Assembly: GCA_016870135.1 (NCBI GenBank)
Contig: VGCF01000001.1
Span: forward strand, 9,033-73,032
From: Alphaproteobacteria bacterium
GTDB taxonomy: Bacteria; Pseudomonadota; Alphaproteobacteria; Holosporales; Holosporaceae
Length of the DNA: 64,000 bases
Reading direction: 5' to 3'
A model generated the notes under the pieces. The model was given only the letters and a program-made list of their open reading frames with translations. It made no database searches and had not been told where the DNA came from. Positions 1 to 10,571 of this stretch are shown piece by piece (position 1 is the stretch's first letter; each line of letters opens with the position of its first letter). The position numbers and the translations under genes were made by a program.

Positions 1-526
1 GGCCTATATTCCCACCAACATCATTTCCATCACGGACGGACAGATTTTCTTGGAAAGCGATCTGTTTTATCGCGGAATACGACCAGCCATTAATGTGGGT
101 CTGTCTGTCAGTCGTGTAGGTGGAGCGGCACAAACCAAGGCCATGCGTCAACTGGCAGGCCCATTAAAGCTAGAGCTCGCCCAGTACAAAGAATTATCGG
201 CGTTTTCTCAGTTTGTTTCTGATATGGATGCGGCAACCAATCGGCAATTAAATCGGGGAAACTGTTTGGTGGAGTTATTGAAACAGCCGCCGTATCAGCC
301 TGTCTCTTTGGGGGATCAGTTGGTACAGCTGTTTATGGGCGTCAATGGGTATTTGGATGATGTGCGTGTGGATGATTTATCCCGTTGGGTTCAAGAAGGA
401 TTATTGTCTCTGGCTAAAACCATGCCAGAGGTCATAGACGTCTTAACCACCCAGTCGGTGATGACACCAGAAATTGCTACGCGATTGCGTGGGTTTTTTG
501 ATCAGTTTAAAAAGGAGCGCATCTAG
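1..526 (+). CDS. atpA: F0F1 ATP synthase subunit alpha, C-terminal part (5' end outside window)
   Basis: Frame 2 is open from base 2 ([44 protein letters not shown]...), a conserved alpha-subunit segment. Stop at 524-526. atpG starts 2 nt later. Confidence 0.95.
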   Translation, partial: AYIPTNIISITDGQIFLESDLFYRGIRPAINVGLSVSRVGGAAQTKAMRQLAGPLKLELAQYKELSAFSQFVSDMDAATNRQLNRGNCLVELLKQPPYQPVSLGDQLVQLFMGVNGYLDDVRVDDLSRWVQEGLLSLAKTMPEVIDVLTTQSVMTPEIATRLRGFFDQFKKERI

Positions 527-528
527 CC

Positions 529-1491
529 ATGTCCGGGTTAAAGGAATTAAAACGGCGTCAAAAAACAGCCATGGTGATCGAGCGCATGACGGGCGCCATG
601 AAAATGATTTCAAGAGCACGTTACACGGCCGCACAAAACGAAATGCGGCAAAAAGGGGATTTGATACAGGTTTTACAACACATGATCAAACGCATCACCA
701 CACAATTGGAATCAGAGGATCGTACCGCGGTGTCTGTTTTTGCGGACAAGGGTTCAAAACATGCCCCGTGGCTTTTTGTGGTCATGACGTCCGACAGTGG
801 TTTGTGTGCCGGATTTAATCAAAAAATGATAAAGGCGGCCCTGCAGTGGCTGGATCAGCATAAAAACGAATCGGTTCAGGTGTTATGTTTGGGGAAAAAA
901 GGGGCATCTGCCTTACAAAAAAAGGGTGACATTACGTTTTTTACAGAATGGAATGACTCAGTCAATCCATCTGATCGATCCGCATCAGCCAGCCGCGCAG
1001 CACACACTGCATCAGCAGTCGCCGTTCATGATTCGCTCTCTGGGATTTGTGACCTGTTTAAAGGTGGAAAAATCAGGGGCTGTTCCATGCTGTACGGAAA
1101 ATTTTTTAATATTTTAAAGCAAGAAGCTGAAATTGTACAAATTTTACCTTCTTTGTTACTGGAATCAGGGCCAAGCATTCAAACATCTAAGGCAGACGAT
1201 CATGATTCTGGGCAGGCTACCACAGGTGTAAATACGTATATGATCATCGAACCTAATGGCCAACGTGTTCTTGATGGAGTGTTGGACCTGTGGATTCGAA
1301 CCATGATGAAAAACACGGCTCAAGAGCATAAACTAAGCGAACATGCCGCACGCATGAATGCCATGGATTCGGCCAACAGCAATGCAAAAGACATGATTCG
1401 ACGCTTAAAAATACAATACAATCGATTGCGCCAAGACCGGATTACCAAAGAAATCATTGAAATTATATCGGGATCAGATCTGGGGGCCTAA
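529..1491 (+). CDS. atpG: F0F1 ATP synthase subunit gamma
   Basis: 320 aa. The N-terminus (LKELKRRQKTAMVIERMTGAMKMISRAR) and C-terminus (YNRLRQDRITKEIIEIISGSD) are typical gamma-subunit helices. Lies directly after atpA. Carries internal Ser/Ala-rich insertions. Confidence 0.9.
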   Translation: MSGLKELKRRQKTAMVIERMTGAMKMISRARYTAAQNEMRQKGDLIQVLQHMIKRITTQLESEDRTAVSVFADKGSKHAPWLFVVMTSDSGLCAGFNQKMIKAALQWLDQHKNESVQVLCLGKKGASALQKKGDITFFTEWNDSVNPSDRSASASRAAHTASAVAVHDSLSGICDLFKGGKIRGCSMLYGKFFNILKQEAEIVQILPSLLLESGPSIQTSKADDHDSGQATTGVNTYMIIEPNGQRVLDGVLDLWIRTMMKNTAQEHKLSEHAARMNAMDSANSNAKDMIRRLKIQYNRLRQDRITKEIIEIISGSDLGA

Positions 1492-1769
1492 GAATCTTGC
1501 GGGATGCTTGCACCCGTCAAGCCCTTGGGGGATAAACGAGGGTTATCCCATCCCGTTTCCATTGCCTTGTCCCATGAAACGGCGTATTGACCCCATTATC
1601 AACTGATACAGAGGGCAGATTAACTCACGAAGACTGAGCTGTGGGGCATTGTGTGGGCCCAAATGAACAGGGGGTTTTTGGCTGAATGGATGGGGCATGG
1701 CGCATATTCCTCCTGGAGTTAAGGGTGCGTTTCTGGTATCATTATTCCTGTATTGATGCCATTAATGAG

Positions 1770-2762
1770 ATGTTTATGATTGGTGATAGGGCGGGTCATG
1801 TTTTGTCCCACATTGTTCATATTTTTTTAGAAACACGATTGCCCGTACCGTCTCATCGCATTGCTGAAATCATGGGGTTATCCTCTGCAACCATGCGATC
1901 GGTTATGGCTGATTTAGAAAAACAAGGCTTTTTATCCTCTGCTCACAGTTCAGCTGGGCGCATACCGACGGAAAAAACCTGGCGTTTGTATTCCCAAAGT
2001 CTGGTCAATCAATGCAGCACGCAAACCTTGTCCGATGGCGATTGGGCGGTGCTGCGCGCACTGGAATACAGCGACAGCACCATAGTCAGTCAAACGCTGG
2101 CCGATTTATGTCAAGGGGCAGGCATTTTCTTTGCCGCGCCACCCGATTTGGTTATTTCCTCCATAAAATTTTTACGGCTCAGTCCCAGCAAGTCATTAAG
2201 CGCATTGGAAATGATGTGTGGAAAAACAGAGTATCGGGTTATTTCTATTCCAGTCCATATTACAGCAGAGCAATTGACCGAAGCATCGGATTTTTTGAAC
2301 CAATTGGTCCATCAACGCACCATCAGCGATGCCTTGCTTCATGTCGAGAAAACCTTGGGTCAAACATCAGAATATTTGTTCCTGTTATCCATGCACTTGC
2401 TGCGTAATGGGGTGGGGGATTTAGAGGGACGTTTGGATATCAAAGGGCACGGTTATTTATTAGACGCAGTGTGTGATTCCAACAGCGCCAGCGCGTTCAA
2501 AACGCTGTTAACATGGATTGAAAAACAGCATTTAATGTTTTCTATGCTGCATCAAGTGATTTTAAAGCGCCAATTGCAAGTTTTTTTCGGACCCCATGAT
2601 GGTTTTGCGAATATTTCAGGGTGTTCGGTGGTGGTTGCGCCGTATCAATGCAGTGAAAATAAGGGTGTGGTAGGTATTATTGGTCCATTACATATGGACT
2701 ATCGTCGCGTTATCCCTATAATTAGTGGTATGGCTAAAATCGTAGAGAAAAGATTTAAATGA
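1770..2762 (+). CDS. hrcA: heat-inducible transcription repressor HrcA
   Basis: Winged-helix N-terminus (VLSHIVHIFLETRLPVPSHRIAEIMGLSSATMRSVMADLEKQGFL) and C-terminus GIIGPLHMDYRRVIPII. Stop overlaps the grpE start (ATGA). The track ORF begins at 1686, but an internal Met at 1770/1776 fits HrcA length better. Confidence 0.88.
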   Translation: MFMIGDRAGHVLSHIVHIFLETRLPVPSHRIAEIMGLSSATMRSVMADLEKQGFLSSAHSSAGRIPTEKTWRLYSQSLVNQCSTQTLSDGDWAVLRALEYSDSTIVSQTLADLCQGAGIFFAAPPDLVISSIKFLRLSPSKSLSALEMMCGKTEYRVISIPVHITAEQLTEASDFLNQLVHQRTISDALLHVEKTLGQTSEYLFLLSMHLLRNGVGDLEGRLDIKGHGYLLDAVCDSNSASAFKTLLTWIEKQHLMFSMLHQVILKRQLQVFFGPHDGFANISGCSVVVAPYQCSENKGVVGIIGPLHMDYRRVIPIISGMAKIVEKRFK

Positions 2763-3388
2763 AACACTTCACCGCATTGCAAGAGAGCGATCCATCCCAA
2801 GAAGCAACCCAAGACGAAACGGTTGACAATGGGGACAAAACGCAAGTAAAGGATGGATCAGAGATTAATCTGGATTCGCCTTGTACGGCCCAATGCGATC
2901 ACCCAGAGCATCAAAAACACACGGAAGATTTTTGGAAAGAACAGTGTTTGCGCACCGCAGCAGAAAGCGAAAATTTGCGACGACGCTTGGAAAAAGAAAA
3001 GCAAGACGGCATCGACTATGCCTTGTTTCGTTTTTCAAAGGACATCATTGGTGTGGCGGACCAATTATCATGGGCTGTGGCCAGTGTGGTCACCCCAGAA
3101 GGGCAACAGGATTCTCTGTATCAAGGCATCAGCATGACTCTGGCGGAATTAGAGCGCGTATTAAACAGCTTTGGCATTGTCAAAATGGACGCCTTGAATC
3201 AACCATTCAGCCCCCACCAGCATCAAGTGGTCCAGGAACAAGAACAGGCCGATGTGGCACCTGGAACCATTATTGCGGTATTGCAAAATGGGTATATGTT
3301 AAAAGAACGCTTGTTAAGGCCAGCCATGGTCACTCTGGCCAAAGCCCCATCAGAGCCACTCTGCGGCGTAACGTCTAACCCCCTCTAA
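2759..3388 (+). CDS. grpE: nucleotide exchange factor GrpE
   Basis: 209 aa. Has the GrpE coiled-coil and beta-domain pattern (AESENLRRRLEKEKQDGIDYALFRFSKDIIGVADQL ... PFSPHQHQVV ... VLQNGYMLKERLLRPAMV). Shows the hrcA-grpE synteny typical of Alphaproteobacteria. Confidence 0.92.
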   Translation: MKHFTALQESDPSQEATQDETVDNGDKTQVKDGSEINLDSPCTAQCDHPEHQKHTEDFWKEQCLRTAAESENLRRRLEKEKQDGIDYALFRFSKDIIGVADQLSWAVASVVTPEGQQDSLYQGISMTLAELERVLNSFGIVKMDALNQPFSPHQHQVVQEQEQADVAPGTIIAVLQNGYMLKERLLRPAMVTLAKAPSEPLCGVTSNPL

Positions 3389-3527
3389 CTCATGTACCGC
3401 TGAAACAGCTCCCTGGTCAGCGGGGATCAACCAATTGGTTTTGGGGGGTTGGCTCTTGATCCACAGCGTTTTTTGCTGTGCGAGTGCAAAGACATTCTGT
3501 GCAACCCCCTGTTAACCCTTAACTAAT

Positions 3528-5378
3528 CTATAGGGGGAGGGTTTGCCCATACAGCCATGTTCTGGTTTCTTGGGGCAATTGGGGTGCCAACGTGTCATAA
3601 ACTTGTTTGTGGTACTGGTTTAGCCACAATTTGTGCTCATAAGACAAGGCGTCAACATCAATCAAACGACGATCAAAGGGGGCCATTGTGAATGGCTTTA
3701 AATAAAACTGCTGAGTTTCTTCTCTGGCATCCTGTTGCACCCCAGACAACAGAGCATCTTGGGTATGGATCACCGGTTTTCTACGCTCTTTTTCCATGAC
3801 ACACACCACGTTTTCTAAACGAATGCCACCCAAACCCGCCTGATAGTATCCAGGTTCGACAGAGAAAATCATATGCGCTGTGATGGCGGAGCGGTTTTCT
3901 CTGGCCGAAATGGAAGGTGGCATTTCATGAACAAGACCAAAACAGGATACACCGTGCCCTGTGGAATGGGCATAATCCCACCCTTTTTGCCATAAAAAGC
4001 TGCGCGCAACGGCATCCAATTGGCATCCCGTAGTGCCATAGGGAAAAATCATACTGGATAAATGAATATGTCCTTGTAACACGGCTGTATATTTTTGCTG
4101 CCAGCTCTTGGATGGATGGTCAGAGCCCAACCACACGGTGCGTGTCACGTCGGTGGTGCCATAAAAATATTGGCCACCAGAATCAATCAAATAAAGACCA
4201 TAGGCCAGAGGATCGGATTGCAAACACGATGGCGTGTAATGCATCATGGCGCTGTTGGTCCCCATGGCTGAAATGGTGGGAAAACTGTGGCCTTTATAAG
4301 AGGCGTGTTGCTGGCGAAAGGTTTTCAGCATTTCACAGGCGGACCATTCTGTTTCCAAACCAGACTCAAGACGTGGGTCATCAATGGCTGATAACCAATG
4401 GAGAAATTGTGTTAATGCCACACCATCCAAAATGTGGGCTTGGGTGATATGGCTTAATTCCCATGGGTTTTTAATACTGCGATGCTGTGCCATCTGTTCC
4501 ACAGAATCAGCAATCCAATGAGGACGCACCAATCCTTTGGGTGTTTTTTTGGGATCATAGCGTATGGCTTGGTCCAACGGATGATCATGGGATAATCGGG
4601 TGGATTGGGCATGACTTAACAGGTTTAATGATTCAAAATCCACGACTTGGATGGCTGGATCCAGACCCTCTATGGATCGCGGCATCGACGTGTATAGTGT
4701 CCCTGAAAAAAGGGCCTCTTGCGGGCTTGACCGTTGACCATCTGATTCGTTGCGTTTGATCAACAAATAAGCGTCAAAAAAGGGCGTATAGTCATGATCG
4801 CTGCTGCGTAAATTGGTTAACCAGGCCACATCGGCGGCAGAACACATCAACCAATATTTTTGATGATGATTGGTCAGCACCGATCGACATTTTTCTTGAA
4901 AAGATACGGTGTTGGGGATGGCATAAATGGGCGATTTGGACTGGATGGGTTCTGTTTTGATTACACCATCTAATGCCTGATGCCAATCATCGATCAGGAT
5001 CCATCCATGGGCGCTTGCCGCCTGTGCATATTGGGAACTTTCATCGTGACTGTGGGTCCAAGGCGATACAATCAGGCGTGTTCCTGCAGGACATTGGTTG
5101 GGTAATTCTTGCAACGGATGATCACACGTTATGATGGTGCACTCTGGGCATTCTTGTTGGGCTTGTAAGGTATAACGGCTGTCTACGTATAAAAAAAAGC
5201 AATCGCGTGTCATCAGCCCATAGGCACTTGATCCTGTAAAACCCGTTAAATGATATAAAATATCTTCTTTTCTTGGTGCAGGATTGAGAAAAAAAGCCGT
5301 ACGACGTGGAATGCCATAGGCATCGCCACCCAGTGTGTTGAATAGGTTCTGACACTGGGCAGAAAAACAGGAGTTCAT
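3528..5378 (-). CDS. aminopeptidase P family (M24) Xaa-Pro aminopeptidase
   Basis: 616 aa. M24 pita-bread catalytic region (DSGGQYFYGTTDVTRTV ... HSTGHGVSCFGLVHEMPP ... FSVEPGYYQAGLGGIRLENVV) with long creatinase-like N-terminal domains and a C-terminal extension. Confidence 0.85.
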   Translation of the reverse strand: MNSCFSAQCQNLFNTLGGDAYGIPRRTAFFLNPAPRKEDILYHLTGFTGSSAYGLMTRDCFFLYVDSRYTLQAQQECPECTIITCDHPLQELPNQCPAGTRLIVSPWTHSHDESSQYAQAASAHGWILIDDWHQALDGVIKTEPIQSKSPIYAIPNTVSFQEKCRSVLTNHHQKYWLMCSAADVAWLTNLRSSDHDYTPFFDAYLLIKRNESDGQRSSPQEALFSGTLYTSMPRSIEGLDPAIQVVDFESLNLLSHAQSTRLSHDHPLDQAIRYDPKKTPKGLVRPHWIADSVEQMAQHRSIKNPWELSHITQAHILDGVALTQFLHWLSAIDDPRLESGLETEWSACEMLKTFRQQHASYKGHSFPTISAMGTNSAMMHYTPSCLQSDPLAYGLYLIDSGGQYFYGTTDVTRTVWLGSDHPSKSWQQKYTAVLQGHIHLSSMIFPYGTTGCQLDAVARSFLWQKGWDYAHSTGHGVSCFGLVHEMPPSISARENRSAITAHMIFSVEPGYYQAGLGGIRLENVVCVMEKERRKPVIHTQDALLSGVQQDAREETQQFYLKPFTMAPFDRRLIDVDALSYEHKLWLNQYHKQVYDTLAPQLPQETRTWLYGQTLPL

Positions 5379-5782
5379 GGATCACAACAATACAAGGGAT
5401 AAGATTAGAATAACAGATTCAATGGGCGTAATGCACGCGCTTGACCTCCGTACGATTACAAATGCCTATTCCCATAACTATGGTGGGATAAACCCGTGCA
5501 TTTACCAATAATTTTACGATTTTTTTACAATACAAGATGTACCCTGACCCTGAATCATTCGAAAAGTATGCTTTCCAATGGATTTTTCACCCAATGTTAT
5601 TCAGGTTTTACAAAAAATAATTGACCAACACTTACAAAATTGTTCCAACGATAAAGAAGAGCGCACCCTCTTGATCGAATGCCTGCAAGAGCTGGGAAAA
5701 CACGCCGCGTGTGCCCATCACGTCTCGCGCCCGAATCAAGTCCCCTTGCTGTATTCACGTCGAAAATAAACCGTTTTTGAAG

Positions 5783-6181
5783 CTAAGCTTGACCCAGTAT
5801 ATTTTCTATGTGGGCAAGCACTTTTGGTGATCTGGACAAAGAAACCACCATAAGATCAAAGCGAATGGTGGACCATGGTTCATCACGGATATGGTTTTGT
5901 AAAAACCATTCTCCGGCTTGCCAAAGGCGTTTTTGTTGTCGTAATGTCAGGGCATACAGACCGTCATTCAGTTTTTCACGATTTTTAACCTCTATAAACA
6001 CCAATGCATTCCCACGATGCATCACCATATCCAATTCGCCATATCGGGTTTTATACCGTTTGTGCCACAATACATACCCCATGGTCTGTAAATATTCTGT
6101 GGCCAGATGTTCTGCAGCTACACCCTTTTCATAGGCTGTGGCCCTATTGGATGTCATAGGGGGATGGTCATACCGATTCAT
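5783..6181 (-). CDS. yraN: YraN family (UPF0102) endonuclease-like protein
   Basis: Motif GVAAEHLATEYLQTMGYVLWHKRYKTRYGELDMVMHRGNALVFIEVKNR is typical of UPF0102. The track ORF extends to 6262. A Met at 6181 (or 6157) is the more plausible start. Confidence 0.8.
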   Translation of the reverse strand: MNRYDHPPMTSNRATAYEKGVAAEHLATEYLQTMGYVLWHKRYKTRYGELDMVMHRGNALVFIEVKNREKLNDGLYALTLRQQKRLWQAGEWFLQNHIRDEPWSTIRFDLMVVSLSRSPKVLAHIENILGQA

Positions 6182-7550
6182 ACGGACAATACCAAACGAT
6201 GAACAGAGATGCACCCAACAGACATAAAAGCCAAAACTTTGACAACGCAGGTGTGCTGGCATCAGGATCTAAAATGGCTCTGTACTTGTATGCCTTGACC
6301 ATGGGTAACAGGATGATGACAAGGGATAGCCAGTGGACGATAAAGCCAAACTCTCTCCATATTTCGTCTATCGTTGGTATTTCTTTTAACAGACTCATCT
6401 CCAGAATATCCTCGTCCAAGGCAAAAGAATGAACCCACAATATAAACATGGACAACCACAACAACCACCGATCGCGCACAAATCCCGGTTGAAACAGGGC
6501 ATAAGCATGTAATACCATCATCATCATGATCCCAAGTTTGATATAAAACACCATAAACAGTTTCGGCGCGGGTAATGCGTTTGCGGATATTGTCAAAGTT
6601 GACAATATCCGAACGGCCTCAAAAAACAGCCAAATCATGCTGCGATTCATAATGGAACAGGGTTTCCACAGGGCAATCTGTTCTGGCAAGGCCCCAGGGC
6701 ATAACGCCGTCTTATCGGATGTTAAGGGCGGAGAATAAGTGTATTTGCGATTGACAAAGTACATAATAATCCAAAGCGGCGGGAAAATGTACCCAAGCGC
6801 CATACCAGCATTTCTCCAAAATCCAGGAATGCGCCACGATTGTAAGGTGATGAAGAAAACGGATGCAGAACATAGGAGCAGTAGCACATCCAAAACGGAT
6901 TTTTTAACAACAGTGTAGTCAAAAAAAATGAAAACAATGGCTGGTAACAGCAACAACAACCAACGCATAAAATACATAAATTTTTCAAATAATGGCGCCT
7001 GATCAAAAGCAGCCGTGTTCTTTTTCGTTAAATAGGGGATTGCCATCGCCCATACAATAAGCCCAATTGAGAAGGGAATGACAAACCGGAGAAAGTCAAA
7101 TACAAAAGGGCTTAAAACATTGCGCCATTGTGTATACATCTCTTGGGGAATACCCAACCGTACCCCAACCATTATGCCCAAAACGCCGCCCAATAGGGCC
7201 AATCCCTTGGCTGTTTTTCCATCTGGCCAGGTAAATAAAAACACAATGGCCGAAAATATCATGCCGATAGCAATCGTGTCCCGCGTGGTGTCGTATGTGG
7301 CACCTTGTGCAACTTGATCGGTCATAAACAGTACAGGATTGATCCACCATAACCCTGCGGATAGGGCCAAAAAACATGCAACAGACCACCCCAAAACACG
7401 CCGAGAATACAACACATTGGGATTACCCAACAGCGTGATGCCACTGCCAATCCAAGGTATACCCAACCATAAAATCAGCCACGGCATGGTGCCCATATAT
7501 GCGCTCATATCTAAACTCCCATTGATACATGAATAGGTCAATTTTTCCAC
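6168..7550 (-). CDS. polytopic integral membrane protein, function unknown
   Basis: 460-aa ORF with about 10-12 hydrophobic segments across its length. I recognise no family motif. Confidence 0.6.
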   Translation of the reverse strand: MEKLTYSCINGSLDMSAYMGTMPWLILWLGIPWIGSGITLLGNPNVLYSRRVLGWSVACFLALSAGLWWINPVLFMTDQVAQGATYDTTRDTIAIGMIFSAIVFLFTWPDGKTAKGLALLGGVLGIMVGVRLGIPQEMYTQWRNVLSPFVFDFLRFVIPFSIGLIVWAMAIPYLTKKNTAAFDQAPLFEKFMYFMRWLLLLLPAIVFIFFDYTVVKKSVLDVLLLLCSASVFFITLQSWRIPGFWRNAGMALGYIFPPLWIIMYFVNRKYTYSPPLTSDKTALCPGALPEQIALWKPCSIMNRSMIWLFFEAVRILSTLTISANALPAPKLFMVFYIKLGIMMMMVLHAYALFQPGFVRDRWLLWLSMFILWVHSFALDEDILEMSLLKEIPTIDEIWREFGFIVHWLSLVIILLPMVKAYKYRAILDPDASTPALSKFWLLCLLGASLFIVWYCPYESV

Positions 7551-7647
7551 ATTTTTGTTGCAATTTGTTTAATCGTTCAAAAAAACCACTTGATATTTAA
7601 AAACAGATCTGTATTACATCGTCTCATTATACTGTGTAATACATCGG

Positions 7648-9078
7648 TTACACAGACTGTTCCAGGGCAGACATCCGTTGTTCCAAGGCGGGAATCAGCG
7701 CCGACAGTTTCATGCTGTTTGCCCCCTTGATTAAAATGGTATCTCCGGGCAGGAGGGTTTTCACCACATGGGGAATGATGTCACAGGCATGCTCAGCATA
7801 ACCCAAAAAATGGGGAATTTCTGTTAACAATGGGGCAAATTCCTGGCCACACAACCAAACACCGTCTGCCTTGCACGCCTGAATGAAGGGGACTAAATCC
7901 CGATGACAGGCATAACTGTGCTGGCCCAATTCTCGCATTTGACCTAACAAAACATAACGTTTTCCATCGGATGGGTGGACGAGCGGTTCTGTAGATGTCA
8001 AAAAGGTTTGCAATGCCGCTTGCATAGAGGCCGGTGCCGCATTATACGAATCATCGATCACCTTTATTCCGCCAACGATGCGCACGTTTCCCCTGCCATC
8101 ACAAGCGCTGATGCTTCTCATGTCTTGCATGACTTTTTCCATATCCGCCCCCAGTGCAAAGGCACCCGCCACAATGGCCAAACTGTTATACAGAGTGTGA
8201 TATCCAGGCAATGACCAATCATAAGCCCAGGGGGTTCCGTTGATGGTGATATGGATGCGCCGTTGCCCCATCAGACCATCTTCGGTGGATTGCCACTGGA
8301 TGTTGGATTCAGGGTGTTCACCAAACGTGATCCATTGTGTGACGTGACGTGCCATCTGGCCATGGCGCAACAAGGCCTCATAATGGGGGCTGTCTCTGGG
8401 AATGATGCCAATCAGTGGGGCGGGGGCCGAAAAAATTTCCGATTTGGCCAACACAATATCATCCAGAGTATCAAAAAACTCTCCGTGTTGATAAGATACT
8501 TGGGTAATCAGGGCGATGTGAGGACGAATGCTGGCAACCAGTTGGGTGATTTCCCCGCTGTGATTCATGCCGACTTCGAAAATACCAAACCGCGCCTCTT
8601 TAGGTAATCGCGCCAGAGACAACGGTACGCCAAGATGGTTGTTTAAACTGTTGCGTGATGCGCTGGTCAAGCCTTGATTGGATAAAACATGGGCCAATCC
8701 TTCTTTGACGCTGGTTTTTCCCACGCTGCCCGTCAGTGCCAAAACGGTGCCGTCAAATCGAGATCTGGCCGCAACCGCCAGTTCTGTTAAGGCACGATGC
8801 GTATCCGTCACCACCACTGTGGGGTAATTTGGATCCGTAACCAGGGACCCTAAATCATCCACGATCACGGCACAGGCCCCCAAAGCCCAAGCGTCCTGTA
8901 TAAAATCGTGTCCGTTCATTTTTGGTCCACGTAATGCGATGAATAGATCGCCTGGCTGTAAGGTGCGCGTATCAATGGATATGCCCGTGGCGTTCCAATG
9001 GGCCGGGCCTTCGCCCTTGATGATGGTTATCACATCTGATCCTGTCCATAACCCATGGGGTAAAGTATTGAGCATCAA
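7648..9078 (-). CDS. murF: UDP-N-acetylmuramoyl-tripeptide--D-alanyl-D-alanine ligase
   Basis: 476 aa. Mur ligase P-loop (LALTGSVGKTSVKE), then FEVGMNHSGEI and a DDSYNAAPASM C-terminal domain typical of MurF. Confidence 0.92.
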   Translation of the reverse strand: MMLNTLPHGLWTGSDVITIIKGEGPAHWNATGISIDTRTLQPGDLFIALRGPKMNGHDFIQDAWALGACAVIVDDLGSLVTDPNYPTVVVTDTHRALTELAVAARSRFDGTVLALTGSVGKTSVKEGLAHVLSNQGLTSASRNSLNNHLGVPLSLARLPKEARFGIFEVGMNHSGEITQLVASIRPHIALITQVSYQHGEFFDTLDDIVLAKSEIFSAPAPLIGIIPRDSPHYEALLRHGQMARHVTQWITFGEHPESNIQWQSTEDGLMGQRRIHITINGTPWAYDWSLPGYHTLYNSLAIVAGAFALGADMEKVMQDMRSISACDGRGNVRIVGGIKVIDDSYNAAPASMQAALQTFLTSTEPLVHPSDGKRYVLLGQMRELGQHSYACHRDLVPFIQACKADGVWLCGQEFAPLLTEIPHFLGYAEHACDIIPHVVKTLLPGDTILIKGANSMKLSALIPALEQRMSALEQSV

Positions 9079-9217
9079 GCCGTATCAATGCGGGGATTTA
9101 ATGGAATCATACCAAAATTTACACCAGATAAAAAGCAGCGTTAAAATCAATTTAAAGAGAAATATCCGGTGATGATCTGTATGAAAAAGCAGGTTAAAGC
9201 GTGTCAGTGGATATCGG

Positions 9218-10015
9218 TCAATCCATCAGGGCAAGCACAGGCATTTTGTGGAATAAATCCAGGGTGTTGCGTACCGTGGCGTTAGCAATGTCCGTCACAG
9301 AACATCCACGCAATGCAGCGATGGCTTTTGCCGTTTCCATCATATAGGACGGCTCATTGTCTTTTCCCCGATACGGATGTGGTGCCAACCACGGGGCATC
9401 GGTTTCCACCAACAAGGCTGACAGGGGCAATTGCGTGGCCAGTTGATGCACATCCGGCGCATTTTTAAAGGTCACAATGCCAGAAAGACCGATTTTCCAC
9501 CCCCAATCGATGGCTTCTTTGGCGCAATCCACCGAGCCTGTAAAGCAATGCAAAACCCCCTTAACCGTTTTGCCACCCGATTGCGCCCGCACATCACGCA
9601 TGATGGACAAAAACGCCTGATCCGTGTTTCGCGTGTGCACCACCAACGGCAATTGTGTTTCGATGGCCACACGGATGTGATGACGAAAACAACGTTCTTG
9701 CTGGTCCATGGGGGGGGATGATTCCTGGGCATCCAGTCCTGTTTCACCAATGGCCACAATTTTAGGATGCTGGATGGCTGTTGTTAACCAATGGTCTATG
9801 GCATGGTCAGGCAACGTGTGAATTTCCAGAGGATGCAAACCAACCGTACCATATACACCGTCATATTGCTTGACAATGGGCAGCAAAGCCTGAAACGTCA
9901 TCGGAGAAGTGGAAATGCTGATCCATTGATGAATACCGCGGGACTTGGATCGATCCAGCACGCTGTCAATGTCTGAAAAGCGATCTAAATGGCAATGGCT
10001 GTCGATCAAATACAT
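9218..10015 (-). CDS. tatD: TatD family metal-dependent hydrolase
   Basis: N-terminal IDSHCHLD, then AIGETGLD, HTR, HCF and ETDAPW motifs of the TatD amidohydrolase fold. Start placed at the Met of MYLIDSHCH. Confidence 0.88.
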   Translation of the reverse strand: MYLIDSHCHLDRFSDIDSVLDRSKSRGIHQWISISTSPMTFQALLPIVKQYDGVYGTVGLHPLEIHTLPDHAIDHWLTTAIQHPKIVAIGETGLDAQESSPPMDQQERCFRHHIRVAIETQLPLVVHTRNTDQAFLSIMRDVRAQSGGKTVKGVLHCFTGSVDCAKEAIDWGWKIGLSGIVTFKNAPDVHQLATQLPLSALLVETDAPWLAPHPYRGKDNEPSYMMETAKAIAALRGCSVTDIANATVRNTLDLFHKMPVLALMD

Positions 10016-10179
10016 GGATAGGGGAAAATGGGTGTTTGGGCACAAGAATACCCAATTTTCGCGCCGCGTGCTAGATCCCTGTTGATACCGCAGAACCGAA
10101 ATATGTCGCGGGCATGCCGATCCACAGGGTCTTCGCCATTGATTGGTTATGTCTAATCAAACGGTAAGCGCATTGATCG

Positions 10180-10494
10180 TTATACGGAAAAGGAATCCCC
10201 ACACCCACAGGAATGACTGGCCTTTGGATTGATAATCACAAAATGGGATGACATCATTTCTTCCTGATAATCAATGGTTGATCCCCCAATAAAATGCAAC
10301 GACAAAGGGTCTGTGATGATGCTGCTGTTATGCTGGGTGAACCGCACATCTTTTTCCGATGCCTCCGATTCCATGGTAAAAATATACCGCATGCCTGAAC
10401 AGCCGCCGCCTTTGACCTGAACGCGCAAAACCCCTTGGTTTTCGGCAATCTTTTGGGCAGCTTTTGGGGTCAGATACAGGACATCACTTGTCAT
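10180..10494 (-). CDS. iron-sulfur cluster insertion/assembly protein, IscA/ErpA (HesB) family
   Basis: 104 aa. GGGCSGMRY motif and C-terminal SCGCGDSFSV cysteine signature of A-type carriers. Confidence 0.9.
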   Translation of the reverse strand: MTSDVLYLTPKAAQKIAENQGVLRVQVKGGGCSGMRYIFTMESEASEKDVRFTQHNSSIITDPLSLHFIGGSTIDYQEEMMSSHFVIINPKASHSCGCGDSFSV

Positions 10495-10571
10495 AACATC
10501 TCTTTTGGGATCGATTATTTTTTTATCCTAACATAATTCCAGGCCGAGAATACCTATTTTTCTGGTGGCGT

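Noticed and set aside
1492-1769. CIRCE operator (TTAGCACTC-N9-GAGTGCTAA) upstream of hrcA
   Set aside because: Only a weak resemblance is present (TTAACTCAC...TGAGCTG near 1620-1645), with no proper inverted repeat. In Alphaproteobacteria CIRCE usually sits at groESL.
3397-3480. Two hairpins (CCGCTGA...TCAGCGG and CACAGC-N7-GCTGTG) between convergent grpE and the aminopeptidase gene, as intrinsic terminators
   Set aside because: The stems are short (6-7 bp) and neither is followed by a U-tract on either strand. That is not enough for a terminator call.
5578-5769. The 63-aa ORF between the aminopeptidase and yraN
   Set aside because: It has no SD and I recognise no motif. It could be real but cannot be supported from sequence alone.
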